Part shown: positions 1 to 11,941 of the stretch, in pieces
Position numbering within the stretch: position 1 is the first letter of the stretch
Layout: the number at the start of each line of letters is the position of its first letter
DNA from: Zygnema circumcarinatum SAG 698-1b
Lineage: Eukaryota; Plantae; Zygnematophyceae
Length of the DNA: 64,000 nucleotides
Assembly: GCA_037447605.1 (NCBI GenBank)
Contig: CM074822.1
Location: 1,635,492 to 1,699,491 of the forward strand
Direction: 5' to 3'
Program-made: the position numbers and the translations under genes
The notes under the pieces: model-generated
Databases searched by the model: none
The model's input: only the letters and a program-made list of their open reading frames with translations
What the model was told of the DNA's origin: nothing

Positions 1-1129
1 GGTTCAGATTGCAGTTTTGGAGAGGGCGGGGAAGGAGGAGGGAGGGGGAAGGGAAGGGAGCGAGGAAGAGGGAGGGGGGAGGGAGGAAGAGAGAAGGGGA
101 GGGAGCGAGGGAGAGAGGGCGAGAGGGAGATATGAGGAGCGCGCATCGATACCATAATGTAACGGCCTTCGTTTTTTTTTGTATTTGAATCTTGAGTTCA
201 TGTTAGGTGAGATTTTTGATTCGAGATATCTCCAATTTCGTTACTATGTACAAGAATTTTACTTTTGGAGTAATTCCGTTCGAGTTAGAGCTGCAACGTT
301 CTCTTTGACTGTGAATGTTAAATTGAGGAAAACGAGCACTGGTATTACACGAACACACCGCCACCCTCCACTCCTTCTCCTCTCCCTTCCCCCTCTTCTT
401 CTCCTCTCTCCCTCCCTTTCCCTCCCCCTCTCTTTCCCCCCCTCTCCCTCCCTCACTTCCCCCCCCCCCTCTCTCTTTCCCCACCTCTCTCTCCCTCCCT
501 TTCCTTCCCCCCCTCTCCCTCCCTCTCCGTTTCCCTCTCCACTCTCCCTCCCTCCCTTTCCCTCCCCCGTCTCCCTCCCTCTCCCTTTCCCTCTCCCTCC
601 CTCCCTCCCTCCCTCCCTCCCTCCCTCTCTCCCTCCATCCCTCCCTCCCCCCTCGTTTCTCCTCTCTCTACCTCCCTTTTCCTCCCCCTCCCTCTTCCCC
701 CCCTCTCATGCCTCCCTTCCCCCCCCCCCTCTCTGATTACCCACCTCTCCATCCCTCCCTTTCCCTCCCCACTCTACCTCCCTCGCTTTCCTTTATCCAC
801 CTCTCTCCCTCCCCCTCTCCCTCCCCCTCTCCCTCCCCGCTCTCCATCCCTCCCTTTCCTCCCCCCCTCTCCCTCCACCCTGTCCCTCTCCCTCCCTCGC
901 TTTCCTCCCCCCACCTCCCTTGCCCTCCCAATCTGTTTCCCCCCTCTCTCTCCCTCGCTTTCCTTCCCCCCCCTCTCCATCCCTCCCTTTCCTCCACCTC
1001 CCCCTCTTCCTCCCTCTTCCCCCCCACCAATTCCATGCCCCTCCCTCCAAGATTTCAGAAAACGACGAAACCATGAGAATTGAGCGCAAGAAAATACGGT
1101 TCAGGTGAAACCATTGTGAAAACCTTCTG

Positions 1130-1690
1130 GTACATTTGTACGCTGACGTGGCGTGCCCCCATTGGTCGGTTCTCGCTCTCCTTGTAGCGGGCGCGGACTG
1201 TCGTTGTCGGGGGAATCCGGTGTCACGATCCGATGATCCTGGACGGAAGTGCGAGCAAGATTCATTGCATGTCACGCGGAAAAACTTGCCCTCAAACGAG
1301 GGCCAATTTCCACGTGAATTTTGCCGCCCTGACAGAAAAAATTCATCCACGGTGCCCTGTTCTATATCCTCCAAACACAAACCGCCATGTGGCAGAACTG
1401 TACACGTGACACATTCCCATTGGCTCGGATCATTTTTTGGCAACCGAGCCCAAGTGCTTTTAGAAGTTTCGGGTGAATTTTGACCGTAAGATCTTGATCG
1501 GACGGCCATAAATCGATTCGTACGGTACGGTCCTATATGCTTAATGTATCGGTCCGGTTTCCCGCGGCCAGGGCGGGCCACCGACATTTCGGTCGCGCTG
1601 ATTGGCTGTCGTGGTCGGTTCGCACGCGCGAATCCCGTCCCTCCTAGAAGCGGTTCTCCCGAAGGGCCTCGTTCTGTATATAAAGGATTG
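1130..1690 (+). promoter_or_regulatory. PsbS copy 1 promoter with ACGT/G-box motifs and TATA box
   Basis: TGACGTGGC (~1145), CCACGTG (~1310), ACACGTG (~1402) and TATATAAA (~1677), followed by a CT-rich 5' UTR up to the ATG at 1888. Confidence 0.55.
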
Positions 1691-1887
1691 AAGCTTCATG
1701 AATTGGCATGCCCTCTCTCTCCCTCTCGCACTCTGTCTCTCTCCCTCCATCGCTCTCCCTCTCGCTCTCGCTCTCCCCTCTCCCTCTCCCTCTCACTCGC
1801 TCTCTGTCTCTCTCTCCCACTATCGCAATCCCTCTCGCTCTCACTCTCGCTCTCCCCTCTCTCTCTCTCTCTCTGCTCCCGCAAACG

Positions 1888-3581
1888 ATGGCGCAGTCCG
1901 CACTGCTCTCAAGGGCGGCCACAATTGGCAGCAGTGGCTTCCTGGCAGGGGAATATTTAGGGCTGACGTCATTGGTACGGACATCCGTCCGCGCTGTGGC
2001 CGTCACTATGAGCCCCGGCGCGATCACTGCTCTGTTTCGGAAGGCGGAGGTGGAGGGCACAAAGAAGGTGGTCAAGGTGAGAGAGTGGGAGGGAGAAGGG
2101 AGAGGGTCGGGAGAGGGGAGGGTGGGGAAAGGGTAGAGGGAGGGTTGGTGACGGAGATGTAGAGGATGGGGAGAGGATGGGGAGAGGGTGGGGAGAGGAT
2201 GGGGAGAGGGCGGGGAGAGGGCGGGGAGAGGAGAGGGTAGGGTGAGGGAGATGTAGAGGATGGAGAGAGGGTGGGGAGAGGGAGAGGGACAGGGTGGGGA
2301 GAGGTTAGGGAGAGGGAGATGTCGAGGATGGGGAGAGGGTGGGGAGAAGGAGAGGGAGTGAGTGGGCTGAGACGAAGGTATGGAAGTGGAGAGGAGGGAA
2401 GAGGAAGATAATGCATAGAATTGGGGAGAGAGATATGGAGAGGCAGGTTGAGAGAGAAATTTAAGGAGGAGGGTGAGAGGGGGATAGGGAGTGGAGGACC
2501 CCGAAGGGAGTTAGATAGAGGAACGAGCGAGAGAGAGCGAGCGAGAGAGAGCGAGAAGGGGTTGCTAGAGTGGGTTGGGAAAGAGAGGGAATGAGAGAGT
2601 GAGAGAGAGGTCGGAGATATGTCTCTCTGCATGTCCGGCGAATGCATGGGTATCTTGAGACGTGTGCTACATTTTTGCGTTTTGCAGGAGGAAAAACCAA
2701 AGGTGGAGGATGGCATTTTTGGGACCTCTGGCGGCATCGGTTTCACGAAGCAGAATGAGCTCTTTGTGGGTCGTGTCGCTATGCTTGGGTTCGCGGTAAG
2801 TCCACGATGTATTTGCTTATTTTTGAAGATAAAAAATTAAACAAATCGGTAAAGATTAAAAGGAAAGAGGTCAGAGCCAACTGTCGCTCTTTCAACCTGT
2901 TACTTTCTTCTCAGAAACTCCACTGCATGAGAAATAAGGTCTCAAGAACCGTAAAAGTATCACCCCTATTTAACTACCATCTCCCTCCCTCCCCTCGTCC
3001 TACCTTCTCCGTTTCCACTTTCTCCCTTCTCCCTCCCCGCTCCCTTACCGCTCGCTCCCCTCTCCCTCCTCGCTCCCTCCTCGCTCTCTCCCCTCTCCCT
3101 CCCCTCTCCCTCTCCCTTCCGTATCCCTCCCCTACCCGCGCCCCCTCCTTTCCCTCCCCTCTCCCTCTCCTTCCCCTCTCCCTCCCTCTCCCTCTCCCTC
3201 TCCCTCTCCCTCTCCCTCTCCCTCAGTTCCTCTTCGTTCTTCTTTTGTCCAAAGAACCAAAACATGTATTGAAAACATTGGTGGTCTTTGCATGCATGCA
3301 GGCCTCCCTGATCGGAGAGGCGATCACAGGGAAGGGCATTCTTGAGCAGTTCGACCTCGAGACCGGCCTCCCTCTGAACGAGACCGAGCCCCTCCTCCTC
3401 TTCTTCATCCTCTTCACTCTTTTGGGCGCCATCGGAGCGTTGGGAGACCGCGGGAAGTTTGTGGACGGAGACGAGGAGGAGGCCGGCCCTCCGGTGAAGC
3501 CCGGACAGGGCGTGAAGGCGGCGTTGGGGCTCAACGAGAGCGGTGAGATTCTCTCTCTCTGTCTGTCTCTCTCTCTGTCGG

Positions 3582-3624
<43 letters not shown>

Positions 3625-3651
3625 TGCTCGCTCCCCCTTTCTCTCTCTCTT

Positions 3652-3705
<54 letters not shown>

Positions 3706-4346
3706 GTTCTCTCACACACACATTGTGTTGGGCCCTTCCTTATTGTGTTCTCTCTCTCGCTCTCCTTCTCTCCATCAGTTGTGTTCATTCCTCACTCACT
3801 CTCTCCCACTCTCTCTCTCTCTCTCTCTCTTGTTTCTCTCTCTCCACTAACTGTTATACCGTCACTATATGTCCGCTCGACTTTTCTCTCTTTGAGTTGT
3901 TCGTTTTCTCACTCACTCCCTCTTCTCCGGGGTCTCTCGCTCCCTTGTGTTCTCTGTCTCACTCATACTGTTATGCCCTCCCTTACTCTGTCCTCTCTCA
4001 CGCTCTCCCTTTTTCTCTCTGAGATGTTGTTTTCTCACTCACTCTCTCCCTTCCTCCCCGTCTTTCTCCCTCTCCCTCCCCTCCCGCTCTCTCCCTCTCA
4101 GGACCCACATTCGGCTTCACAAAGGCGAACGAGTTATTTGTGGGGAGAGTCGCTCAGCTCGGCATCGCCTTCTCCATTATCGGAGAGCTCATTACTGGAA
4201 AGGGAGCCCTCTCTCAGCTCAATATTGAGACCGGGGTTCCCATCAGCGAGATTGAACCTCTTGTACTCTTCAATGTCATTTTTTTCCTCTTTGCGGCGGT
4301 GAATCCCGGGAAGGGACGGTTCATAAATGATGAGGATGTGAAGTAG
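1888..4346 (+). CDS. PSBS: Photosystem II subunit S (PsbS), copy 1; 4 exons 1888-2076, 2688-2795, 3302-3542, 4102-4346 (260 aa)
   Basis: Spliced translation gives a transit peptide, then EDGIFGTSGGIGFTKQNELFVGRVAMLGFA / ASLIGEAITGKGILEQFDLETGLPLNETEPLLLFFILFTLLGAIGALGDRGKFVD / GPTFGFTKANELFVGRVAQLGIAFSIIGELITGKGALSQLNIETGVPISEIEPLVLFNV. This is the four-helix PsbS pattern with both lumenal LETG/IETG glutamates. All introns are GT-AG and the total length of 783 nt is in frame. Confidence 0.97.
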
Positions 4347-6059
4347 AGAGAGAGAGAGAAGCTTTTTAGAGTTTGGATTAGGTTAGTCATGCTGTTGGGA
4401 GGATGAGTAGTTCTGTTTTGCAGAATGCAGAACAGGGATGTGTATAGGGAGGGATGTGAATGAAGAGTGGGAGAGGAGAAAGAAGCGGAGGAGAATGTAG
4501 ATTGAAGCTGGGAGAGTGAGAGTGAAAAAGAAGATGAGAACGTGAGAGGGGGAAAGAAGGAAGGGAGATGGATATTTGTTCATTTTGAAGTGACATTTGA
4601 TAGTTTGAAATTTGTATCAAGGATGTGAAATATAAAAATCTTGGAAGCTTTTCTGGAAGAAATCTTTGTAATTCTAGCATTCTATTTATCATCCATTCAA
4701 TTTTCATTCTATCGGCGAGGAAAATTATGTATATTTTCGGTAAAATTCTTATTTGTGAGGGAAAAGATGGATAATTGCCAGAAGAATGCCAAAGGAACAT
4801 TTTCAAATATGTAAATAACATGTTTACCTTAACGGTTTATGCATAAATCGTGAGAGTTTGACGAGAGTGGGAAAGAGAACGTCAGGGGAAGATAGAGGAA
4901 GGGGGAGTGAGAAACTGGGAGAGAGAGGAGAAGGATAGCGCGAGGGAGAGGAGGAGAGAGGAAAAATGGGTGAGGAAGATGGAGAGGTGGAGAACGAGAA
5001 AGGGAGAGGAGAGGGAGAGGGAAAATGAGTGAGGGAGATGGAGGGGGAGAACGAGAGAGGGAGAGGAGAGGGAGAGGAAAAATGGGTGAGGGAGATGGAG
5101 AGGGAGATGGAGAGGGGGAGAGCGAGAGAGGGAGAGGGGGGCTGGGAGAGGGCAAGAGGAAAAATGGGAGAGAGAGAAATGAATGAGGTCTTTCATTTGT
5201 GAGAAGCTTTTCAATCACATGTTTACCAACTTAGGCTTGAAGTACTTTCTGGTCACGGTGTGAATAAACTCCCGCCTTTAGAGTTAGTATCTGCTAGAAA
5301 AATTCCTACCATCTTTTCGATGCGATATGCTAATATTTTTAAGAAACAAATTTTTCTTCCTGGCTAAAATGTCATGGTCTGCTTCTCATGCATCCAACTT
5401 TCAACATTATTCATTGCCTTCATGCTTTTCTGAGCACTGGATGTCACTGCTCATATTCTCTCCCTATGTTCCGCTGTTTCACTATTTCTCGCTCGCTCTG
5501 CTCTCCCCTCCATTTCTCGCTCCCTCGTACAATTCTCTCCATTACCACATCTCGACATTTAGTCTAGCTCCCACTGTTAACAGCTCTTTTTCAGAAACGA
5601 ATATCATCATTAAAAAGTGCAAGATTCTCCGCTACCAGTCGGTAAATTACTCGAAATAGTTCAGCAACATCCGCATTTTCTCATCCCAAAGGATTTTTTT
5701 TCTAATTTTGAAACTTGCTAATAGAGCCTGTGTTCTATGAATGTACGTACTGCAGTTGAAGCTTTCAGTATATAAAAGGAAAAATCAATCACTCCCACTC
5801 CACTCTCACCATTTACATTCAAGATGGCACAGAGGTAACGAAACCCTAAAATTGGGAACACATAATTAAGATACTGCTTCGCAGTTTTACACTCATATCT
5901 TTCCAATCTAATGTAGAACTTTTCCGACGAGCAAATCTCTCTACTTTGCAGGCAAAAAAGCTAAAGAGCTTCACAGCTCCCTAAGACTAGATTTAATTTA
6001 TTTTACAACAGCTCAAAGTGGGCCCCACTCACACGTCCGACAATGCAAGAAAAACAAAC

Positions 6060-6428
6060 CTATTTCTCATCATCATCATTGATGAACTTTCCTGTGCCCG
6101 GGTTCACTGCTGCGATGAAGAAGAAAATAACATTGAAGAGAACAAGGGGCTCGATTTCATTGATCGGCACGCCAGTCTCAATGTTCAACTGAGCAAGAGC
6201 TCCCTTTCCAGTGATCACTTCTCCGATGATTGCGAAAGCAATGCCGAGCTGGGCAAGCCGCCCAACGAAAAGCTCATTCGCCTTCGTGAAGCCAAAAGTA
6301 GGACCTGCAGAACATTTTCCTTGTCAGAACACTGCGGTGTATAAACCACCCACTATATTGACAATGCTACAGGTCGCATCACAGAAAATTTTCAGCAAAA
6401 GCAAAAGTAAATGCGAAAAGCAAATGCA

Positions 6429-6461
<33 letters not shown>

Positions 6462-7393
6462 GAGAGGCGGGGGGGGGGTACAATGGTACACGGCTCTTCT
6501 CACCTTTCTCACTGAGTCCAAGGGCTCCCTTCACAGACAGTCCAGGCTTCACTGGCGATCCAACCACCTCATCAACAAACTTTCCACGGTCTCCAAGAGC
6601 TCCAATGGCGCCCAGAAGAGTGAAAAGAATGAAGAACAAGAGCAATGGCTCGGTCTCGTTGAGAGGAAGGCCGGTCTCAAGGTCAAACTGCGCAAGTGTG
6701 CCTTTTCCTGTGATGCCCTCACCGATCAAGGAAGCCTGCAGAGTAACATAAAGGATATTATCATTTCACCGATATTGTAGATTTCCACTTTCATTTAGTT
6801 TAACACAATTGAAAAGGAAAATACGCATCTAGTTCCAGGACCTGTCCTGACTGCAGCCAGCTTGCAATTCCTTGGTGTGACGATTATCAAAAGGAGTTAA
6901 TTTCAGAGTGATCAAAGTTGTGAAGATCAAACCTATTCACTGATCTAATCTGTACTCACCGCAAAACCGAGCATAGCGACACGTCCAACAAAAAGCTCAT
7001 TCTGCTTTGTGAAGCCAATGCCACCGGAGGTTCCGAAAATGCCGTCCTCCGTCTTTGTAACCTCCTCCTGCTAGAAGTCAGGCAACACGTTAGAGGATGC
7101 GACCAAACAACCAACGAACTTGCCTACTTTCCTCTCACACTCACCAGCTAGCTGACATTTCCAAACGAAAAATCTAGCTATCTCACCTTCTTTGCAGACT
7201 TAGCGGGAGGCGCCGCCTTCTTGAAGAGCGCCACTGCAGATCCTGCCTTCTGTGACCCAAAGCTCCTTCCTGAAGCAGGGAGGGCTGGCAGGGAGGTGCG
7301 TCGGACTGCCTTTGAGGAGAGGATCTCGGAGGGTGCCAAGCGGGCCAACCCTGTCAAGGAGGCCCGTGCGAGGAGAGCTGCCTGCGCCGCCAT
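6060..7393 (-). CDS. PSBS: Photosystem II subunit S (PsbS), copy 2; 4 exons 7393-7187, 7067-6960, 6735-6504, 6304-6060 (263 aa)
   Basis: MAAQAALLARASLTG transit peptide, EDGIFGTSGGIGFTKQNELFVGRVAMLGFA, QFDLETGLPLNETEPLL and QLNIETGVPINEIEPLVLFNV, ending DDDEK*. Intron positions and phases are the same as in copy 1; 792 nt in frame. Confidence 0.97.
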
Positions 7394-7519
7394 TGCTTCT
7401 GCTTATGCTTCTCTTCTCCTTCCAAAACGCTCTTGCGAGACTAGGACAGAAAAAGCGTGTAAGGGAGCTTAGGAAAAATTGACTGAATACTTGCAGCAAC
7501 TACCAATACCTGGCGCCTG

Positions 7520-8150
7520 CACTCAATTTATAGGTCCCGGAACGGTTGCGGAAACCTCCGACTATTCGGGCCAACCACGACGTGCCACGTGGAAATGTTT
7601 CCGACGTGGCGTGTTCTGATTGGCTAGAGTCGCTCGCATGACTTGGTGCCCATGTGCCTCCGCCCTTCAGCGGGGAAGGGACAGGTTTTTGCACGTGCGA
7701 GGGACGCCGGGGAAAGGGCCACGCCGACAGTGGGAATATCCGGGGTAACACGTGGCGGCAGATCCATGACTTTCAAAAAACTAGCCAATCAGGGGCTTGA
7801 AAGGGCGACGTGGCCGCAGGAGGTGGATCCTTTGCACGTGGGAGTTCTGCGGACGGAGAAGGACCGGCGAAGGGACGGCCGGGAAGCCCCAGATTGGAAT
7901 GTTTTCTGGAATTTTGGAAAGCTTTTTAGAGTGAAGTTTGGAGAGGTTTGAAGGAAATGGGTTAAAAAAGTAGATAGTTTTTGGAATGTTCCGGTAAAAA
8001 CCGTCCCAAAACAGAAGGAAATTTGCGAGAACGGTCAGGGTACTAAAAAGAAAGGCTGCCCAATAAATGTCGGCGGCGACAGGGCTTTTTTGGCAGCTAC
8101 TCAGCAAAGCGCCGCTCCGCGTGCGCCACAGCTGACACGTGTCGCTGCCC
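7520..8150 (-). promoter_or_regulatory. PsbS copy 2 promoter with dense G-box/ACGT cluster and TATA box
   Basis: TATAAA on the minus strand at ~7527; GCCACGTGG, GACGTGGC, GCACGTG, ACACGTGGC, GCACGTGG and GACACGTGTC between 7575 and 8145. Confidence 0.55.
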
Positions 8151-8757
8151 CAAAGAGGCGAATTTTTGGAAATGCGGGAGAAGATCCATGTCCGGTAGTT
8201 CCGTACGGACGAAGTTCTATCTGAGATGTTACTGCTCAGTTAGACGGTAGTTTCCGAGCAGATCCAGTTCCCGTTTCCAAGAAGTCAAATTTGTCGTTTT
8301 TGAGTGTCACATGCAATAGGACGCGCCAGACCGTGAGGGTGCGTTTCCATGGTTCAACTTTGTTCAACTGGTTGGATGAAAAACTTGGAAACTGATGACG
8401 GAGAGTTTTCAAACCTCCGAAGCGAAGGTTATTCATTCAACTGGTTGAATGAATGCTGACGTGGTTCAACTTTGCTGATGTAATTCAGATCTCTCCCTCG
8501 TACCCGAATAGATAAAAAACGGGGTAGACTCAGGAAAATTAAGTTATCAATCAGGCAACGCCACGTGGCACGCCATGCTCCCCGCTTCCCTTCGTCCGCG
8601 CTTGTGCAAAAAGTCTCGGAAGGTAGGGCTTCATCGTTTGGCGAGATACCACGTGGACGCCACGTGGCCCTTTCCCGTTGGTGCTAGCTGCGCAAAAAGC
8701 GGCGCCCTTTCGGCTTTCTGGCCGGGGTTCCATTGAGCGGGTCAACGGTAGAGTTGG

Positions 8758-8895
8758 GGTCACGGGGGGGCACGGGGGGGGCACGGGGGGGGCACGGGAG
8801 GGGGGGGCACTGGGACAGTCTGGGAGGCACGGAGCACGGGGGGCACGGGAGGGGGGCCATGAGGGGTCACGGGGGGGCACGGGAGGCATGCCCCC
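8758..8895 (+). repeat. G-rich GGGGGGCAC degenerate tandem repeat
   Basis: About 10 units of G5-8 followed by CAC, read directly from the sequence. Confidence 0.85.
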
Positions 8896-8933
8896 CAATC
8901 TTGAAGTTTTTTGAAACGTTAGAAGCAAAACAA

Positions 8934-9560
8934 TGTACATTGGATGGCCTCGCCATCGTGAGATCAATGCCACTTCCCTTTTCTCTGGAAGCTAAAACTC
9001 CAAGGACCGGTTTCTACAAGTCATCTAATGCTCTAAGACATGCTTCCATATCCCAGTGCTCTCTGCTAGGACCAGTGAAAGAAAGAGTGAATGGAAATGG
9101 CATTGATCTCGTGATGCCATCAAATGTACATGGTCAAAACCATCATGGGAAACCACGAGGGACCTGGTCGCCAAAGACCTAAGGACAACAGAAACAAGCT
9201 ACGCTTAGGCTCAACAACGCTTCAAGCCCTCCCTCGAAGCAGCCGCGAAGGTCACCGGCTCCTTTCAAGCTGACGTCACATGGCCCTCATGATCCTATCG
9301 GCTCCTTTCAAACTGACGTCACTTGACTGTCATGACCCTACCGGCTCGTTAAGCTGACATCACCTGACCGTCATGACCCTACCGGCTCCTTGTAAGCTGA
9401 CGCCAATCTGACCGTCATGATCCTGCCAACTTCCTTCATATAACGTCACTTTCCGGTCACACCCTGCCGTCTTTCTCTAACATGACGTCACTTTCCTGTC
9501 AAATCACCATCAGTTTCCGTCCAGTCGCTGCCAGTTTCTGTCAAACTGACGCCATTTTCC
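8934..9560 (-). mobile_element. Dispersed non-coding repeat of unclassified family, with an internal inverted repeat and ~43-bp TGACGTCA sub-repeats
   Basis: 9115-9180 is the reverse complement of ~57425-57490 and 9198-9258 is the reverse complement of ~42146-42197. An inverted pair lies at 8934-8975/9097-9131, and ~4.5 copies of a ~43-bp unit lie at 9253-9460. Confidence 0.65.
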
Positions 9561-10084
9561 GTCCTTTGGCCGCCCTCTTGCGGCCTGGTCTTTTCAGGTC
9601 TTCCTTTTCCCCTCGCCCTTTTTCTTGCACGGTTGCAGGCCTTCAGACGGCTTCCAACTTTTTCCTGCTCCGCGTCCCACAACGTCTCCGCGTTTCTCAC
9701 GTCGTCTCGTCTCGTCTGTCGTCGTTCTTCGTCCTCCTTCAAATGTCAATGCGCTTCTTCTCATATTATTTGAGTCAATGCAAATGATATGATATTGACT
9801 TCTACGCTTTGTCATGATATGATTTCGAGTTTCCTTGACCTCAGTTCTGTGCACTGGAACTGCCGAACTGTCACATGGAACGGCATGCAGGAGTATTGAG
9901 TTTGCCCTATTGTTCTTTTGCATCATCTCTGAGCACTTTGGGTTCTTCTCCGCGCTTAGGTATGATGTCTATGTTTCTCGAAAACATGGAATATGTACCT
10001 TCTTTTTTTCTTCTGTTTTTGTTTTGCGGGCATGTTTTTTGCAGGTTTGATTCAAAAAGTGAGAGGAATGGAGAGAAAAAGAGA

Positions 10085-10395
<311 letters not shown>

Positions 10396-10444
10396 ATGAC
10401 TGATGGCTGTGAGTGGGATCCTCCTGCAGGAGCATAAAAAAAGG

Positions 10445-11941
10445 ATGACTCATGAGGATGGCGGCGGAGAAACCACGAGTGGTTCCAACGGAAGCGAGGC
10501 AGTCCAAAGCGAATCCCTCCTGCACAGACCTGCTGGGATTCTATGGCACGCTTTTACGGAACATGTAATAAGAAGAGATTATGTGGGTGAGAAAATGCCA
10601 GAATCATCTTCTTTGAAGGGGAAAATGAACAAGACCAGCAGCAGAAAGTATGAAGGCCCATCAAAAAGCGCAGTATTAGGGCTGATTGAGCTTTTAGGTC
10701 GCGGCTGTTTGAAAGACAGAAGGGAGGCTGCAGACTTTCTAAGAGAGCAATCTAGAGAATGCATGGAGTCAAGGAAAGCAGTGGTGGATGCGGGCGGGCT
10801 TCCTATCATCGTAGGATTGATGAACACAACTGATGATATTATCTTGGAAGATACTGTAACTGCACTTCATAATCTATCTCTCAGCGATGAGCTGCACAGT
10901 TTTTTGGTTACAGCAGATGTGGTAGAAGCTTTGATCCGCGCACTCGAATTTGGTAATACAAGGGCGAAGTCAAATGGAGCTGCAACTATTTTCAACCTTT
11001 CTAAAGTACCTGAGAATCGAGAGTTTATATCAGGGCATCAGAATCTGTATCGACCGTTGGTAGAGCTCCTAAGTGTGGAGAACTTAAGGGGGAAAAAGGA
11101 CGCGGCTCATGCAATGTGCTACTTAACTCTCACATCTCAGGGCAGGAAAAAGCTGGTAGAGGCTGGGGCTTTGCCTGTTTTAGTTGAAATCTTGAGATTG
11201 GTCGTTGATTCTGATAGCTCTGTAGAAGGTATGGAGGAGAAGGTGACAGCTGTCCTCAGCAATTTGACTAAAAGTTCGGATTCAAGAGTGGCATTAGTTA
11301 GTGAAGGAGCCATTGATGTGCTTTCCGATCTCATTCAAATGGGGTCTTCCTTTCGAGCTCGCGAAGATGCAGTCGGTGCTTTGTTGCGGTTAGCTTGTCA
11401 TGACCAAAAAACGTTTGGTTTGGTCACGAACGCGGGTCTGCTTCCCGATTTGAGACAAATGCTTCACAACGAAGTCATATCAGAGAAGGGAAGGAAGAAT
11501 GTGAGTTATTTTCCTTACTTTACTTAAATACTTTTTATTTTTTTTTGAGATGGAGAACAAAACTTTGGGAAGTGGTTTCTTGCATGCATGCCTGGGTTGA
11601 CATAGCAACGTTTCTGAAGTCGCTGTCAATTCAAGTCACAATAGGTTTTTAAAGTTTCCCATGTTTCAACTGCTCCAGATTATGGCTTGATTGCAGAAAC
11701 AGTCGACTCTGTGAGCTGGAAACGAGTTGTAGTAACTTTTAACTTGGCTTCATGCACAGCTTTGATAAAGTTTTAAATTTACCTTTATTTTTAATTTGTT
11801 TTTGGGACGTCGATATCACGTGGCATGCAGACGAGGCAGCTCATAGAAATGTTACAGAGCAAAAACGTAGAGAAGGAGTCGGCTCAAGAAACGAATTCTT
11901 CGTTCGCTGGGGAGTTTATGCGGAGTTGGAATCTCAGATAA
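10445..11941 (+). CDS. Armadillo-repeat protein (PUB-like ARM region, no U-box seen); exons 10445-11500, 11831-11941
   Basis: Repeated ARM motifs (VDAGGLPIIVGLM...EDTVTALHNLS; NTRAKSNGAATIFNLS; GKKDAAHAMCYLT; GMEEKVTAVLSNLT; RAREDAVGALLRLA). A GT donor at 11501 and a CAG acceptor at 11830 give KGRKNTRQLIEMLQ...WNLR*. The start codon and last exon are inferred. Confidence 0.8.

Noticed and set aside
4-1076. Overlapping Pro/Ser/Leu-rich and Gly/Arg/Glu-rich ORFs here and at many other GA/CT tracts
   Set aside because: GA/CT repeats lack stop codons in most frames; there are no domains or consistent splice structure.
793-1750. ORFs of 264, 115 and 138 aa over the PsbS copy 1 promoter
   Set aside because: No recognisable motifs; they overlap the promoter and low-complexity tracts.
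9253-9460. CRISPR-like regular repeat
   Set aside because: Eukaryotic context, contiguous degenerate units without unique spacers, and no cas genes.
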